A DNA stretch of 64,000 bases from an uncultured delta proteobacterium (GCA_963847445.1 CAWJZV010000023.1:64001-128000), one strand, 5' to 3'. Numbered from the stretch's first letter, positions 1 to 10,413 are shown. The notes: generated from the sequence alone by a model not told the origin. Numbers and translations: made by a program.

Positions 1-180
1 CGGCCCCTTGCCGTCCACCGGTTGGCTCCAAAATATTTGCCCCACCCGGGTGGCCAAGGCTTCCATTTGCTTGGCGGTGTAGTGGCGTGATGGCCAAGCC
101 GGCTGGCTGAAGCAGAGCAGTAGTAAAGCGCATAGCGATGCGGCAAATGTGCGGCGGTTTTTCTTTGTTGAGTGGTTCAT
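1..180 (-). CDS. Secreted hypothetical protein, 5' part (runs off the window)
   Basis: Hand-translated from ATG at 180: MNHSTKKNRRTFAASLCALLLLCFSSQPAWPSRHY...; basic N-region, hydrophobic core and a plausible signal-peptide cleavage region; open to the window edge. Confidence 0.6.
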   Translation of the reverse strand, partial: MNHSTKKNRRTFAASLCALLLLCFSQPAWPSRHYTAKQMEALATRVGQIFWSQPVDGKGP

Positions 181-314
181 CGATCGATGTTGTCGGTAAA
201 TTTGACGATCCTAGTTGGCAAAGCATTGCTCGGTAAAATCTACCAGCTCTGGGCCGCGACGCAAGCCTGCAGCATGGGCGCGGACGATTGAGCGCGGTGC
301 GGCTGGGGAAAATA

Positions 315-338
315 AAAAAGGGGTCGTGAAGACCCCTT
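315..338 (-). terminator. Rho-independent terminator downstream of tRNA-fMet
   Basis: Minus strand AAGGGGTC-TTCAC-GACCCCTT followed by a T run. Confidence 0.75.
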
Positions 339-346
339 AAGATATT

Positions 347-423
347 TGGTTGCGGGGCCGGGATTTGAACCCGGGACCTCAAGGTTATGAGCCTTGCGAG
401 CTGCCAGACTGCTCCACCCCGCG
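347..423 (-). tRNA. tRNA-fMet (initiator, anticodon CAT)
   Basis: Reverse complement CGCGGGGTGGAGCAGTCTGGCAGCTCGCAAGGCTCATAACCTTGAGGTCCCGGGTTCAAATCCCGGCCCCGCAACCA; 77 nt, C1:A72 mismatch, TTCAAAT T-loop, encoded CCA. Confidence 0.97.
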
Positions 424-483
424 ATAATTAGTGAGTGATCTTTCTACCTTGCGCTTTTCATGGAGTCAAGGTAGGCAAGCGGC

Positions 484-906
484 ATGAGTGAAACTTTTCG
501 CAACCCCTTGCCGACTATAGATATCATTATTGAAATCGACGACGGCATTGTCCTGATCGAGAGAAAAAATCCGCCTCCGGGTTGGGCGATGCCGGGGGGA
601 TTCGTCGACTACGGCGAGAGCGTGGAGCGCGCCGCGGTGCGCGAAGCCAAGGAAGAAACTTGTTTGGACGTGCATCTGACGGAACAGTTCTACACCTACT
701 CCGATCCCAAGCGCGATCCGCGCCACCACACTTTGGCGGTGGTGTTTATCGCCACGGCGCAGGGAAAACCGCGCGGCGCCGACGATGCCCGAGAGGCAAG
801 AATATTTTCTGAAAATAATTTGCCAACGCCGATGGCATTCGATCACGCGGCTATTCTGCGCGATTATTTTCACTTCAAGAAAACCGGTCAACGGCCCAAG
901 CCGTGA
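484..906 (+). CDS. NUDIX hydrolase (ADP-ribose pyrophosphatase-like)
   Basis: Nudix box [22 protein letters not shown]; SDPKRDPR motif. Confidence 0.92.
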   Translation: MSETFRNPLPTIDIIIEIDDGIVLIERKNPPPGWAMPGGFVDYGESVERAAVREAKEETCLDVHLTEQFYTYSDPKRDPRHHTLAVVFIATAQGKPRGADDAREARIFSENNLPTPMAFDHAAILRDYFHFKKTGQRPKP

Positions 907-948
907 TGCGATTCGATCGGCAGGATTGACCACCGAGCCACACGTATC

Positions 949-1320
949 CTAGCGCAGCTCCCAGGCAATCCACTGGGAAATAGTTTTTTACCACAAAAAA
1001 CTAGCGCGACGCAGCCGCAAGCGAAACTCGGATTATCTCCTGCAAAGTAATTCATGTACCAATCGGTACAACACAGCAAATGAAAATGAGCTGCGCCACG
1101 TTCAAAGCAACGACGGAAAATCCCCCAGTGGCCCCCTTTGCCAAAGGGGGCGGGCCGAAGGACCGGGGGATTTTTGCCTCTAGTCGGCATTTTCATAAGA
1201 GGCGCAAAGGCCGCAAAGGCCGGCAAAAATGGTGAAGATAGTTTGTAGTATTATCTATCTTTACCCTCCGAACTTGGCGTGCTTTGCGCCTTGGTGGGAG
1301 GAATATCCGTGTCCGAGAAT
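949..1320. repeat. Composite nested intergenic repeat (CTAGCGC heads, 9-mer hairpin, 154-bp insert)
   Basis: CTAGCGC at 949 and 1001; GCAAAG/GCGCAAAG/GCCGCAAAG arm pairs with CTTGGCGTGCTTTGCGCCTT near 1273-1292. Confidence 0.75.
1048..1201 (+). mobile_element. 154-bp non-autonomous element (MITE-like), copy 1
   Basis: Identical by eye to 37350-37503; internal ATGAAAATG...CATTTTCAT inverted repeat; inserted at GCAAAG^G. Confidence 0.8.
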
Positions 1321-1461
1321 ATTTGAATTGCGCGAGGGGCCCGGCGCAGGATCTGCGATCGCTTGATAAGACGATTACTTTATTATTAGCTTAACCAGCC
1401 GTCAGGAAAGTTGCATTGAAGAAAACAGTTGATTTAGCCCAACCATAAAAAGGATTGCGAC

Positions 1462-3924
1462 ATGGCTGACAAAGTCATTCGGTTGGATTCACGCCGGGAC
1501 GTCGAGGCGATCGCATGGGCGAAGGAGCTGCGCGAAACCGATGGCTGGTTTCACAGCTCGCGCTTCCGCCATATTACCCGTCTGCATTCGGCAGCCGAGG
1601 TCGTCTCCTTGCGCGGCAATTTGCAGGCCGATCATACGATTGCCAAACAATCGGCGCTAAAACTCTTCGATTACTTGCAGCGCTTGTTCCGGGACAAGAA
1701 ACAAGAGACCACCTATGGCCCGTATTCGCCCACCGGCGCGGTGCGCGCGGTCATGGAAGGCATCAAGGTGCTTTATCTCGGCGGCTGGGCGACGTCAGCC
1801 AAGGGCTCCGAATCCGAAGACCCGGGCGCCGACTTGGCCAACTATGCTTTGGATCGGGTGCCCAAAGAGGGTGGCGCCTGGGTGCGCGCGCTCATGCACC
1901 AGGACGAAGTGCAACGTTCGCGGCGTATCCGCATGTCTTCGCTGCAGCGCAAAAAGACTCGCCCCATCGAGTTCAGCCCGCCGCTGATTATTCCCGATGG
2001 CGATACCGGCCACGGTGGCGAGCACCATACGCGCAACCTGGTTAAGACCTTCGTCGAAAACAACATCGGCGCGATCCATATTGAAGACCAGCGCGCCGGC
2101 AGCAAGGTTTGCGGCCACCAGGGGCAGAAAGTTTTGGTGTCGACCTCCGAGATGATTTCGCGTCTCAATGCCGCGCGGCTGCAATACGACATTATGCAGG
2201 TGCCGGGCGTGATCGTCGCCCGCACCGACTCCAATGACGCTACGGCCATCGACAGCGTCGACGATGACCGCGACCATCCCTTTGTCTACGGCGCGACCAA
2301 TCCGGATATCGTTCCGTTCAAGAATGTCAGCCTGGCGGTGATTCGCAAGTTTTACCAGAAAGGCTTCAAGGATATTAATGGCCATCTGCTCTACAAGATT
2401 TCCGAGCAAGCCTACGCCGACGCGGATAAATGGCTCAAGCAGGAGCATCTCGTCGAGCGCATTACCGAGGGCATCGAGCGCATCGACAACGAAGTCGCTG
2501 CGCTGAAAAAATTGCGCCAGCGGGTGCGGCGCCCGGGCAAGGGCCAGCACGACTTTCGCGAGCAGCTGGCCGCACTGGAACTCACCGTTAAAAAGGTCAT
2601 CGAAGAAACCGTCGACGAGGTCATTGCTAATATCCGCCAGGAGTGGGCGGAGAAAGCCCGGCTCAAGACCTTTGCCGAAGCGGTGGCGGAAGTGCTCGAG
2701 GGCGGCGGCAAGAGCAAAGGCAGGCAGGCGATGTCCGTCGACCGCTGGAAGAAATTTGCCGGCGCCGTGTCCAATGGCGAGGCGCGCGCCCGCGCGGCGT
2801 CGATGGGTATCGATGTCTTCTGGGATTGGGACCTGCCAAGAACCCCGGAAGGCTTTTACGTCATCGCCGGCGGCCGCGACATGGCCACCGCCAGAGGTTT
2901 GGCCACCGCACCGTTTGCCGATCTGATCTGGCGCGAAACGGCCAAGCCCGACCTGGCGGATGACAAAGCCTGGGCCGATGCCATTCACGCGGCCTATCCG
3001 GAAAGCTTGTTGGCTTATAACTTATCGCCGTCCTGGAATTGGGATGTCTGGGGATTTACCGACGATCAGATTCGCAATTTTGCCAACGAGCTGGGGAAAA
3101 TGGGTTACGTCTTCAACTTCATCACCTATGGCGGCCACCAGACCGAGGCGTTGATGAACGGCCGCCTGGCGCGAGCCTTAAAGGAAGAAGGCGTGCTCGG
3201 CTTTGTCCGATTGATTCAGCGCGCCCTGCGCCTGGCCCATGATCCGGCGCAATTTCCGCAGAGCTTTGTCGGCGGCGACTGGGCCGACCGTTTCCGCCGC
3301 GCCGCGCGCGGCGCATCGCTCACGAGCTCCTCCATGGGCGGAAAATCGACGGAAACCCAGCATCGCAAAGCCGTCGAGGTTCCCACCAGCGTGCTAGAGA
3401 AATGGCTGGGCATGTGGGCCGAGCACTGGCACCGCCAGGGTCTTTATCAGGGCGGCGCCTTGAGCGTCGAATTGAAAGAGCGCTGGGCCGGCTCCGAAGA
3501 TATGATGCTCAACCTGTTCGACGAGGCGCACGACAAAATCGCCGAGATCATTTTCCGCGTCGACAAGGATCGCGCAGGACGAAAGTTTCTCGCGGTCAAG
3601 GACCAGAATACCATTAAAAAATTTCGCTCGCGGCGACTGATGACGTTGATGCATTTTTTCCTCCTGCATCGCTACAAAACCGAATTGGTGCATTACGTGA
3701 CGCCGACCAATGACAATCGCTTGTCGGTGCAGCGGATGATCCAAAACGGCGTGTTTCGCGCGTCGCGCACCGACGACCCGCATATCATCGCCATGGAAGT
3801 GGACAGCGCGCGCGGCCAGAAGATCTTCGCCAATGAAGACTCGATCAGAAAGTTTATCGCGCGTCAGTTCAAACCGGTGGAGCGGCCGATCGTCAACCGG
3901 CGCACGGCGGGCCGCGGCGCTTGA
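1462..3924 (+). CDS. aceA: Isocitrate lyase, long ICL2 type with C-terminal GNAT-like acyl-CoA-binding domain
   Basis: [18 protein letters not shown] catalytic loop, [22 protein letters not shown]; C-terminal [16 protein letters not shown]...HYVTPT resembles mycobacterial ICL2. Confidence 0.92.
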   Translation: MADKVIRLDSRRDVEAIAWAKELRETDGWFHSSRFRHITRLHSAAEVVSLRGNLQADHTIAKQSALKLFDYLQRLFRDKKQETTYGPYSPTGAVRAVMEGIKVLYLGGWATSAKGSESEDPGADLANYALDRVPKEGGAWVRALMHQDEVQRSRRIRMSSLQRKKTRPIEFSPPLIIPDGDTGHGGEHHTRNLVKTFVENNIGAIHIEDQRAGSKVCGHQGQKVLVSTSEMISRLNAARLQYDIMQVPGVIVARTDSNDATAIDSVDDDRDHPFVYGATNPDIVPFKNVSLAVIRKFYQKGFKDINGHLLYKISEQAYADADKWLKQEHLVERITEGIERIDNEVAALKKLRQRVRRPGKGQHDFREQLAALELTVKKVIEETVDEVIANIRQEWAEKARLKTFAEAVAEVLEGGGKSKGRQAMSVDRWKKFAGAVSNGEARARAASMGIDVFWDWDLPRTPEGFYVIAGGRDMATARGLATAPFADLIWRETAKPDLADDKAWADAIHAAYPESLLAYNLSPSWNWDVWGFTDDQIRNFANELGKMGYVFNFITYGGHQTEALMNGRLARALKEEGVLGFVRLIQRALRLAHDPAQFPQSFVGGDWADRFRRAARGASLTSSSMGGKSTETQHRKAVEVPTSVLEKWLGMWAEHWHRQGLYQGGALSVELKERWAGSEDMMLNLFDEAHDKIAEIIFRVDKDRAGRKFLAVKDQNTIKKFRSRRLMTLMHFFLLHRYKTELVHYVTPTNDNRLSVQRMIQNGVFRASRTDDPHIIAMEVDSARGQKIFANEDSIRKFIARQFKPVERPIVNRRTAGRGA

Positions 3925-3962
3925 CAGCGGTGGCAACGACTGGCGAAGGAAAGCATAGGCCA

Positions 3963-6149
3963 ATGGCAGACTATATTGAGACCTCCGGGTTACGCGTCGA
4001 CGAGCAGCTTTATCTTCTGGTGCGCGACGAGATCGCGCCCGGCACGGGCATCGACGCCGACTCTTTCTGGGCTTCGTTTGGCAAGATCATCGCCGATTTG
4101 GCACCGACCAATCGCGCGCTGTTGGATCGACGCGATGCGCTGCAAAGGCAGATCGATCAATGGTCTCTAGCGCAGCGCTCTAAACCGTTCGACTTGGCTG
4201 GATATAAGACCTTTCTCATCGACATCGGCTATCTCGATGCCGAGGGCGAAGATTTCCAAGCGGGCAGCGCCAACGTCGACCGCGAAATCGCGGCGATCTC
4301 CGGCCCGCAACTGGTGGTTCCGCTGGATAACGCACGCTATGCGCTCAACGCCGCCAACGCGCGCTGGGGCAGTCTCTACGACGCGCTCTACGGCACGGAT
4401 GTGATCCCCGAAGACAATGGCGCTGAAAAAGGCGAAGTCTATAACCCGCGGCGCGGCGCCAAAGTCATCGCCTACGCTGAAGCCTTCTTGGATGAAGCCG
4501 TTGGCCTTGCCGGCGGAAAGTTTTCTCAGGTTGCCGAGTTCGCGCTGAAGGACGCCGGCGGCGCCAAACAACTGACGGCAAGGTTGCAAGACGGGCGCGA
4601 AGTAGGGTTGGCGGACGTCGCCAAGTTTGCCGGCTACAGGGAAACGGCGGGACAGTTATCCCATCTCTTTTTCAAAAATAACGGTTTGCACATCGAGCTC
4701 CGCATCGATCGCAATCATCCCATCGGCAAGAGCCATGCAGCGGGAGTGAAAGATGTCGTCCTCGAGTCGGCGGTTACGACGATCCAGGACTGCGAAGATT
4801 CGGTGGCGGCGGTGGACGCGGCCGACAAAGTCCGCGTCTATCGTAACTGGACCGGCATCATGAAAGGGACTTTGACCGCGCGGGTTGATAAAGGCGGGAA
4901 GGAGTTGCTGCGCAGCCTGAATCCCGACGTTTGCTTCACCGCTGCCGATGGCAAGGCTGAAACCCTGCCCGGACGCAGCCTGTTGCTGGTGCGCAACGTC
5001 GGCATGCACATGTACACGGATGCGGTAACCACGGCGGACGGCGCGGAAATTCCCGAGGGATTTCTCGACGCCATGGTGACCGCGCTGGCCGCCTTGCACG
5101 ATTTGCTGCGCACCGGAAAGTTTATCAATAGTCGAACCGGCAGCGTTTATATCGTCAAACCCAAGCAGCATAGCGGCGACGAAGTGGCGGCGACGGTGGG
5201 GTTGTTCGCGAGAGTCGAGCAGGCGCTCGGGCTGACACCGAACACGCTCAAGCTTGGCATCATGGACGAAGAGCGGCGTCTGACCGTCAATCTCAAGCCA
5301 GCGATCCGCGCGGCGCGCGACCGGGTGGTATTTATCAACACCGGATTTCTCGACCGCACCGGCGACGAAATCCATACGAGCATGGAGCTCGGCCCGATGT
5401 TGCCGAAAATGGCCATCAAGAATCAACCGTGGCTCGGCGCTTACGAAGATTGGAATGTCGATGTCGGCATTGCCACGGGTCTTCCAGGCAAGGCGCAGAT
5501 CGGCAAAGGCATGTGGACCATGCCGGACGAGATGCGCAAGATGATGGACACCAAGCAAGCCCACCCGGAGGCTGGCGCGAATACGGCATGGGTGCCCTCG
5601 CCGACAGCGGCAACGTTACACGCGCTGCACTACCACAAAGTCGACGTCCGCAAGCAACAATCGGCACTGGCACAGCGCAGCCGCGCCAGCCTGGACGCCA
5701 TCCTGACGCCGCCTCTGCTCGATCGCAAGCTCAGCGCGGAGGAAATTCAAAACGAGCTGGATAACAATGCCCAAGGGATACTTGGCTATGTGGTGCGCTG
5801 GGTGGATCAAGGTATCGGTTGTTCGAAGGTGCCGGATATTCACGACACCGCGCTGATGGAAGACCGCGCCACACTGCGCATCTCCAGCCAGCACATCGCC
5901 AACTGGCTGCATCACAACGTCCTTAGCCGGGAACAGGTCATCGAGACTTTCAAGCGCATGGCCGCCATCGTCGACCGGCAAAATAGCGGCGATGCGAATT
6001 ATCGCAACATGGCGCCGGCATTTGACCTAAGCATCGCTTTTAACGCTGCCTTGGATCTCGTCTTCAAGGGACGGGAAACGGCCAACGGCTATACCGAGCC
6101 GGTGCTCCATGCTTGCCGCCGGCAGGTCAAGTCGGCCGGCCGCGGCTGA
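3963..6149 (+). CDS. glcB: Malate synthase G
   Basis: [72 protein letters not shown]; ATG at 3963 preferred (TTG at 3921 possible). Confidence 0.97.
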   Translation: MADYIETSGLRVDEQLYLLVRDEIAPGTGIDADSFWASFGKIIADLAPTNRALLDRRDALQRQIDQWSLAQRSKPFDLAGYKTFLIDIGYLDAEGEDFQAGSANVDREIAAISGPQLVVPLDNARYALNAANARWGSLYDALYGTDVIPEDNGAEKGEVYNPRRGAKVIAYAEAFLDEAVGLAGGKFSQVAEFALKDAGGAKQLTARLQDGREVGLADVAKFAGYRETAGQLSHLFFKNNGLHIELRIDRNHPIGKSHAAGVKDVVLESAVTTIQDCEDSVAAVDAADKVRVYRNWTGIMKGTLTARVDKGGKELLRSLNPDVCFTAADGKAETLPGRSLLLVRNVGMHMYTDAVTTADGAEIPEGFLDAMVTALAALHDLLRTGKFINSRTGSVYIVKPKQHSGDEVAATVGLFARVEQALGLTPNTLKLGIMDEERRLTVNLKPAIRAARDRVVFINTGFLDRTGDEIHTSMELGPMLPKMAIKNQPWLGAYEDWNVDVGIATGLPGKAQIGKGMWTMPDEMRKMMDTKQAHPEAGANTAWVPSPTAATLHALHYHKVDVRKQQSALAQRSRASLDAILTPPLLDRKLSAEEIQNELDNNAQGILGYVVRWVDQGIGCSKVPDIHDTALMEDRATLRISSQHIANWLHHNVLSREQVIETFKRMAAIVDRQNSGDANYRNMAPAFDLSIAFNAALDLVFKGRETANGYTEPVLHACRRQVKSAGRG

Positions 6150-6236
6150 GCGCCATCCAACCCGTAGGATCCTCCCGTCCACGCCGGCAGTCGTCGCTGC
6201 TCTGCCGTCCACTTAGAATCCGTCGTAGAACTTTTG

Positions 6237-6360
6237 CCTTCGATAAACTCAGGCCCTGAGCCCGCCGAAGGGAACCGTTGAACCTTTGAACGGGGGAGGC
6301 TTCGCAGTTAACGACTTGAACGAAGCGCAGCGATTGAACGGCTTGAACGAATCGAACGGG
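6237..6360. repeat. Intergenic palindromic and TTGAAC-periodic repeats
   Basis: CCTTCGATAAACTCAGG-CCCTGAGCCCGCCGAAGG hairpin followed by repeated TTGAACG units; related TTCAA units at about 12756-12785 and 31080-31200. Confidence 0.55.
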
Positions 6361-6573
6361 CCGACCTTTGGATTTGCCAAGCGACACCGAAGTGGATTAA
6401 AGCAGAGAGCCATGCGTAATCGCGCTTTGATAGTGGCCTTGCTGAAAAAACTATAGATATTGCTGTCGCCTAATTGGGACGTCCGAGATTTTCATAATCC
6501 TCCGAACGAAATTCTCTTACTCCATTCCGCTCCAGATTTGCGCAAATCTAGAGTTATCTAATATTTACACTCT

Positions 6574-6589
6574 TGGTATGGAGCTTGCT
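6574..6589 (+). promoter_or_regulatory. Sigma-54 (-24/-12) promoter
   Basis: TGGTATGGAGCTTGCT, exact GG-N10-GC spacing, 26 bp before the ATG at 6616. Confidence 0.6.
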
Positions 6590-6615
6590 CCTGTTCAGGG
6601 CAGGAGGAAAAGACG

Positions 6616-6933
6616 ATGAGAAAAAAATCGACTTCAATTCTATCTATCGGCTTAATGGCAGCTGCTATTGCGATTCCGAGTGGACGCGCCTTTGCCGCCG
6701 ACCCGCCAGGCAATCGTGAACAGCGCCAGGAGCTGCGCGAGGACATCCAGGAACTGCAACGGTTGCGACGCGCACGTGACCGCGAGCTCCGCCAGGGCGA
6801 TTATCAGGATGCCCGAGAGTATAATGAAAAAATCCGCGATCAGCGCAGAGAAATTCAACATGACCGGCGGGATATATATCGGTCAGATCGAGATCGGGAC
6901 TGGTATCGTGATTGGCGATGGGATCGGGACTAG
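6616..6933 (+). CDS. Small secreted Arg/Asp-rich hypothetical protein
   Basis: RBS GGAGG; signal peptide ending AFA; highly charged helical body; RDW-repeat tail; terminator follows. Confidence 0.8.
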   Translation: MRKKSTSILSIGLMAAAIAIPSGRAFAADPPGNREQRQELREDIQELQRLRRARDRELRQGDYQDAREYNEKIRDQRREIQHDRRDIYRSDRDRDWYRDWRWDRD

Positions 6934-6968
6934 AAGTTATTTCTGACCTGGCATGATTACAGTTGACT

Positions 6969-6997
6969 GAAAGGGCCGCCAATCTGGCGGCCCTTTC
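6969..6997 (+). terminator. Intrinsic (possibly bidirectional) terminator
   Basis: GAAAGGGCCGCCA-ATC-TGGCGGCCCTTTC perfect hairpin. Confidence 0.75.
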
Positions 6998-7347
6998 GCG
7001 TCTTAGACGATGCCCCGGCTCGCTCCGTTAAGGAATATTTGATCTTTCGCGGGTGTCGCCGCAATGTTATTTCCACCGGCTGCTCGGTCGCGAGCAATTT
7101 CTCTCTGTGTGGACTGACTCGATGATGAGCAGTCTGCGGGCACTACGCGAACCAAGATTTTGTTCGGAGAACCGCGCCCTAAATCTGGGTCGCTGGGAAT
7201 ACTGCATTCTCAATATTAGGACGGTGTTAGGTTAGTAATCCGCAGGCTTCTGACGCTGTGCTAAGGTCAGTGTGCGGTTTTTCACTAGCGGTTTCATTAA
7301 TTAACTCCGAAAGCTTCATCCTGTCGAGTCGTCGGCGCCCTAAGATC

Positions 7348-7363
7348 CGGCACACATAATGCT
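7348..7363 (+). promoter_or_regulatory. Sigma-54 (-24/-12) promoter
   Basis: CGGCACACATAATGCT, GG-N10-GC spacing, upstream of the entericidin gene. Confidence 0.5.
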
Positions 7364-7408
7364 AGATTTAAATTGTGTAAGAAATTTTAGCTGAAGGAGG
7401 AGATAACG

Positions 7409-7555
7409 ATGCGACCGATAATTTACGCGACCCTGATGGTGTTATTCCTGAGCATGAACCTGGCTTGCAACACGGTTCACGGAGTTGGCAAAGACGTCGA
7501 ACGTGCCGGCGAAAAGACTCAAGACGCGGCCGACGCAGTCAAGAAAAAACTCTAA
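7409..7555 (+). CDS. Entericidin A/B family lipoprotein (48 aa, absent from the ORF track)
   Basis: MRPIIYATLMVLFLSMNLACNTVHGVGKDVERAGEKTQDAADAVKKKL; lipobox-like LAC then the NTxxGxGKD signature; strong RBS AAGGAGG. Confidence 0.88.
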   Translation: MRPIIYATLMVLFLSMNLACNTVHGVGKDVERAGEKTQDAADAVKKKL

Positions 7556-8089
7556 GGACGGAGTCGTCTTCTCCCGCCCCGATCCTCGCTGCGCTCGGGG
7601 GAGGTTTGCGCGTTAACAGTCTCTTGCGCGAGAGGCGCCGGGTGAGCGGTTTAAACCTCACTATAGGCGCCTCTGCCGTCGCACGCGTAGTCCGATCCTG
7701 TTTAAGACATAGATCCTGGCGGCTTGCTTCAACCGACTCAGGATGAATATTCCACCGATGCGCCGATCGGCTGGCACCGGGATATTCCGAATTGTGGGCG
7801 TTGCCATCGCCGCGTTCGATTGGCGCCCCATGTCGGATGGCTCTGATCTTGTTTACGGACCGACCGATGCCGGGTGTTGCCTCCGCCGCTGATTTAACTG
7901 ACGGCTCCCGACAGTGTAAGCGTCGCGGGATCGGCCGGGTTTGCAGAGCAGACAAATCGGCAAAGATATACCCACCTCGGCGCTGGAACGGGCGCTGCGA
8001 TCATGTTTCTATTAATGCGCTAACTGTGCAGTCATGTCATAGCGGCAGACCGCGCTTACCGGCCTTGCCAGCGCTTAATTCGAGACGCT

Positions 8090-9166
8090 ATGAAATCGCC
8101 CAACCCCGCCAACCTGCCTGGCCTTGAGGACAAGACGTTTTTGCTTCTGGTCATTGCCGTATCGCTGGCATTCGCATGGATCCTCTGGCCGTTCTACGGT
8201 GCGGTGTTATGGGGAACTATTTTGGCCATTCTGTTTGCGCCTGTGGACCGCCGGCTGCGCGCAATCATGGGGCAGAGACGCACGCTTGCAGCACTCGCGA
8301 CCGTGGGAATCGTTCTGCTGATAGTCATTTTGCCGCTTATCCTGATCGGCGGGCTGTTGTTACAGGAAGCGGTCGGTGTGTACGAGAAGTTCAAATCGGG
8401 AGAACTCAACTTCGGCCGGTATTTTCAGCAGGTGCTCGGCGCCCTGCCGGCATGGATAACTGCCTTGCTGGACCGGTTTGGCTTGAGCAATCTCGGCGCG
8501 ATGCAAGATAAACTGTCCGGCAATTTAATGCAGGGCAGTCAGTTCGTTGCCACCAAGGCTTTTGACATTGGCCAGAACACCTTCGATCTGGCGGTCAATC
8601 TTTGCATTGTTCTCTACCTGCTGTTCTTTTTCCTGTGCGACGGCGACAAGCTTGTCCGGCGCATCAGGGCGGCTGTCCCTTTGCACCCGAATCAACAGCG
8701 CGAGCTCTTCGACATGTTCGCCACCGTTACTCGCGCCACCGTCAAAGGCAACGTCGTCACGGCAATCGTCCAAGGAGTGCTCGGCGGGCTGATCTTCTGG
8801 ATACTGAATGTCCATGCGCCGGTGCTCTGGGCGGTTGTCATGGCTTTTTTCTCGCTGCTGCCGGCCATCGGCACCGCCCTGATCTGGCTTCCGGTGGCGA
8901 TCTATTTTTTGGTCACCGGCGCGATCTGGCAGGGCATCGTCTTGATCGCCTTCGGCGTGCTCGTCATCGGCCTGGTAGACAACCTGCTGCGGCCGATCCT
9001 GGTGGGTAAGGACACCAAAATGCCGGACTATGTCGTGCTGATCTCCACCCTCGGCGGCATGGCAATTTTCGGACTCAACGGTTTTGTCATCGGGCCGCTG
9101 ATCGCCGCGATGTTCATGTCGGTGTGGGAGATTTTCGCCGCATCGAGGGTCGCCAATCGCAATTGA
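8090..9166 (+). CDS. AI-2E family transporter
   Basis: Multi-TM protein; LFFFLCDG, LPAIGTALIWLP, DNLLRPILVG, FGLNGFVIGP motifs. Confidence 0.92.
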   Translation: MKSPNPANLPGLEDKTFLLLVIAVSLAFAWILWPFYGAVLWGTILAILFAPVDRRLRAIMGQRRTLAALATVGIVLLIVILPLILIGGLLLQEAVGVYEKFKSGELNFGRYFQQVLGALPAWITALLDRFGLSNLGAMQDKLSGNLMQGSQFVATKAFDIGQNTFDLAVNLCIVLYLLFFFLCDGDKLVRRIRAAVPLHPNQQRELFDMFATVTRATVKGNVVTAIVQGVLGGLIFWILNVHAPVLWAVVMAFFSLLPAIGTALIWLPVAIYFLVTGAIWQGIVLIAFGVLVIGLVDNLLRPILVGKDTKMPDYVVLISTLGGMAIFGLNGFVIGPLIAAMFMSVWEIFAASRVANRN

Positions 9167-9419
9167 TCGCAGTGCCGATTTCCCGCCAGTACAGATCGCA
9201 GGGCCTGGCCTTTCTTTCTTGTGCGAGTATTTCGAATTCAAAAATACCGCATGACGGCTAAAGCCCAGGGTCTTACACCAATCATGGTATCACGGCTGGG
9301 CGCTTGATAAGCGAAGTGCGGCAACACCCCAGGCAGAAAACACTGGAGCGCGCTTGCGCCGGTTGACGGTGACGGGCGACCCGAATAGGTTGGATGTTAA
9401 TTTCTCGACAGGAGGCGCG

Positions 9420-9776
9420 ATGAACTATCAGTTGGAACATGTGGCTATTTACTGCAAAGATCTCCACGCGACGATCAAGTTCTACGAGAAGTTTTTCGGC
9501 GGGCAGCCGACGGCGGTCAGAAAAGGCGATGCCGGTTATGCGTTTTGTTTCATGCGCATCGCCGGCTCGCCGGCCATTCAACTAATGGAATCGGCGACCG
9601 GGGTCGGCGTCCATCATTACGGCTTCGTCACCGACGACATCGACCAGGTGTGCCTGGAGTTCAAGCAAAAGGGCGCGACAATCCTGCGCGAGAATCGCGA
9701 CGGGGCGGGCAAGCTCACGACGATCTTCGTCAAAGACCCCAACGGTTTAGAGATGGAGATCCGCGGGCCGCGCTGA
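9420..9776 (+). CDS. VOC/glyoxalase family protein
   Basis: LEHVAI, HHYGF, KDPNGLEMEI; RBS GGAGG before ATG 9420. Confidence 0.88.
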   Translation: MNYQLEHVAIYCKDLHATIKFYEKFFGGQPTAVRKGDAGYAFCFMRIAGSPAIQLMESATGVGVHHYGFVTDDIDQVCLEFKQKGATILRENRDGAGKLTTIFVKDPNGLEMEIRGPR

Positions 9777-9840
9777 AGCCGCGAAGTCGTTGGGGGCTCT
9801 CCGGGGGCCAAATCTCGTTATCTGATAAAAGGAGCAAGAC

Positions 9841-10413
9841 ATGAATCTGTCACCCCGGTTCGACCAGGCGCTGCATTACGCGGTGTTGATTCACGCCGGA
9901 CAACTGCGCAAGGGCACCGAAATTCCTTATTTGTCCCATTTACTGGGTGTGGCCAGCATCGCGCTTGAGTACGGCGCGAACGAAGACCAAGCGATCGGCG
10001 CGTTGCTGCACGACGCCGGGGAAGATGCCGGCGGTCGCGGCCGGATCGAAGATATTCGGCAACGCTTCGGCGACGAGGTCGCCGACATCGTTGACGGCTG
10101 CACCGACGCCGATGTCGTTCCTAAACCCGAGTGGCGGAAACGTAAAGCAGATTACATTGCGCATATTGCGACTGCGTCTGCCGCAGTGCGGTTGGTGTCG
10201 GCCTCAGACAAACTGCACAACGCCCGCGCCATCTTGCGCGACTATCGTGTGCACGGAGAAGACCTATGGCCGCGTTTCACGGGCGGAAAAGACGGCACGC
10301 TGTGGTACTACCGAGCATTGGTAGCCGCTTTTACCGCAGCGGAAAACAATGAACTAGGCGAGGAACTAAAACGAGTGGTGGCGGAGATCGAGACGCTTAG
10401 CGGGGCAGGGTGA
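9841..10413 (+). CDS. Stand-alone HD-domain protein, RelA/SpoT hydrolase (small alarmone hydrolase)-like
   Basis: HAGQLRKG..PYLSH, ALLHDAGED, SDKLHNAR. Confidence 0.88.
   Translation: MNLSPRFDQALHYAVLIHAGQLRKGTEIPYLSHLLGVASIALEYGANEDQAIGALLHDAGEDAGGRGRIEDIRQRFGDEVADIVDGCTDADVVPKPEWRKRKADYIAHIATASAAVRLVSASDKLHNARAILRDYRVHGEDLWPRFTGGKDGTLWYYRALVAAFTAAENNELGEELKRVVAEIETLSGAG

Noticed and set aside
888-1226. ORFs 888-1226 and 37094-37777 (minus) sharing an identical peptide
   Set aside because: The shared peptide is just the translation of the 154-bp repeat; no RBS or protein-like features
1795-2988. Long antisense ORFs (also 4656-5564, 13495-14718, 23316-24452, 49628-50809, 51490-52680)
   Set aside because: Shadow frames of real high-GC genes on the opposite strand
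7176-7231. GCCCTAAA...GTTAGGT resembling an attI site
   Set aside because: No downstream attC or cassette-like ORF could be found
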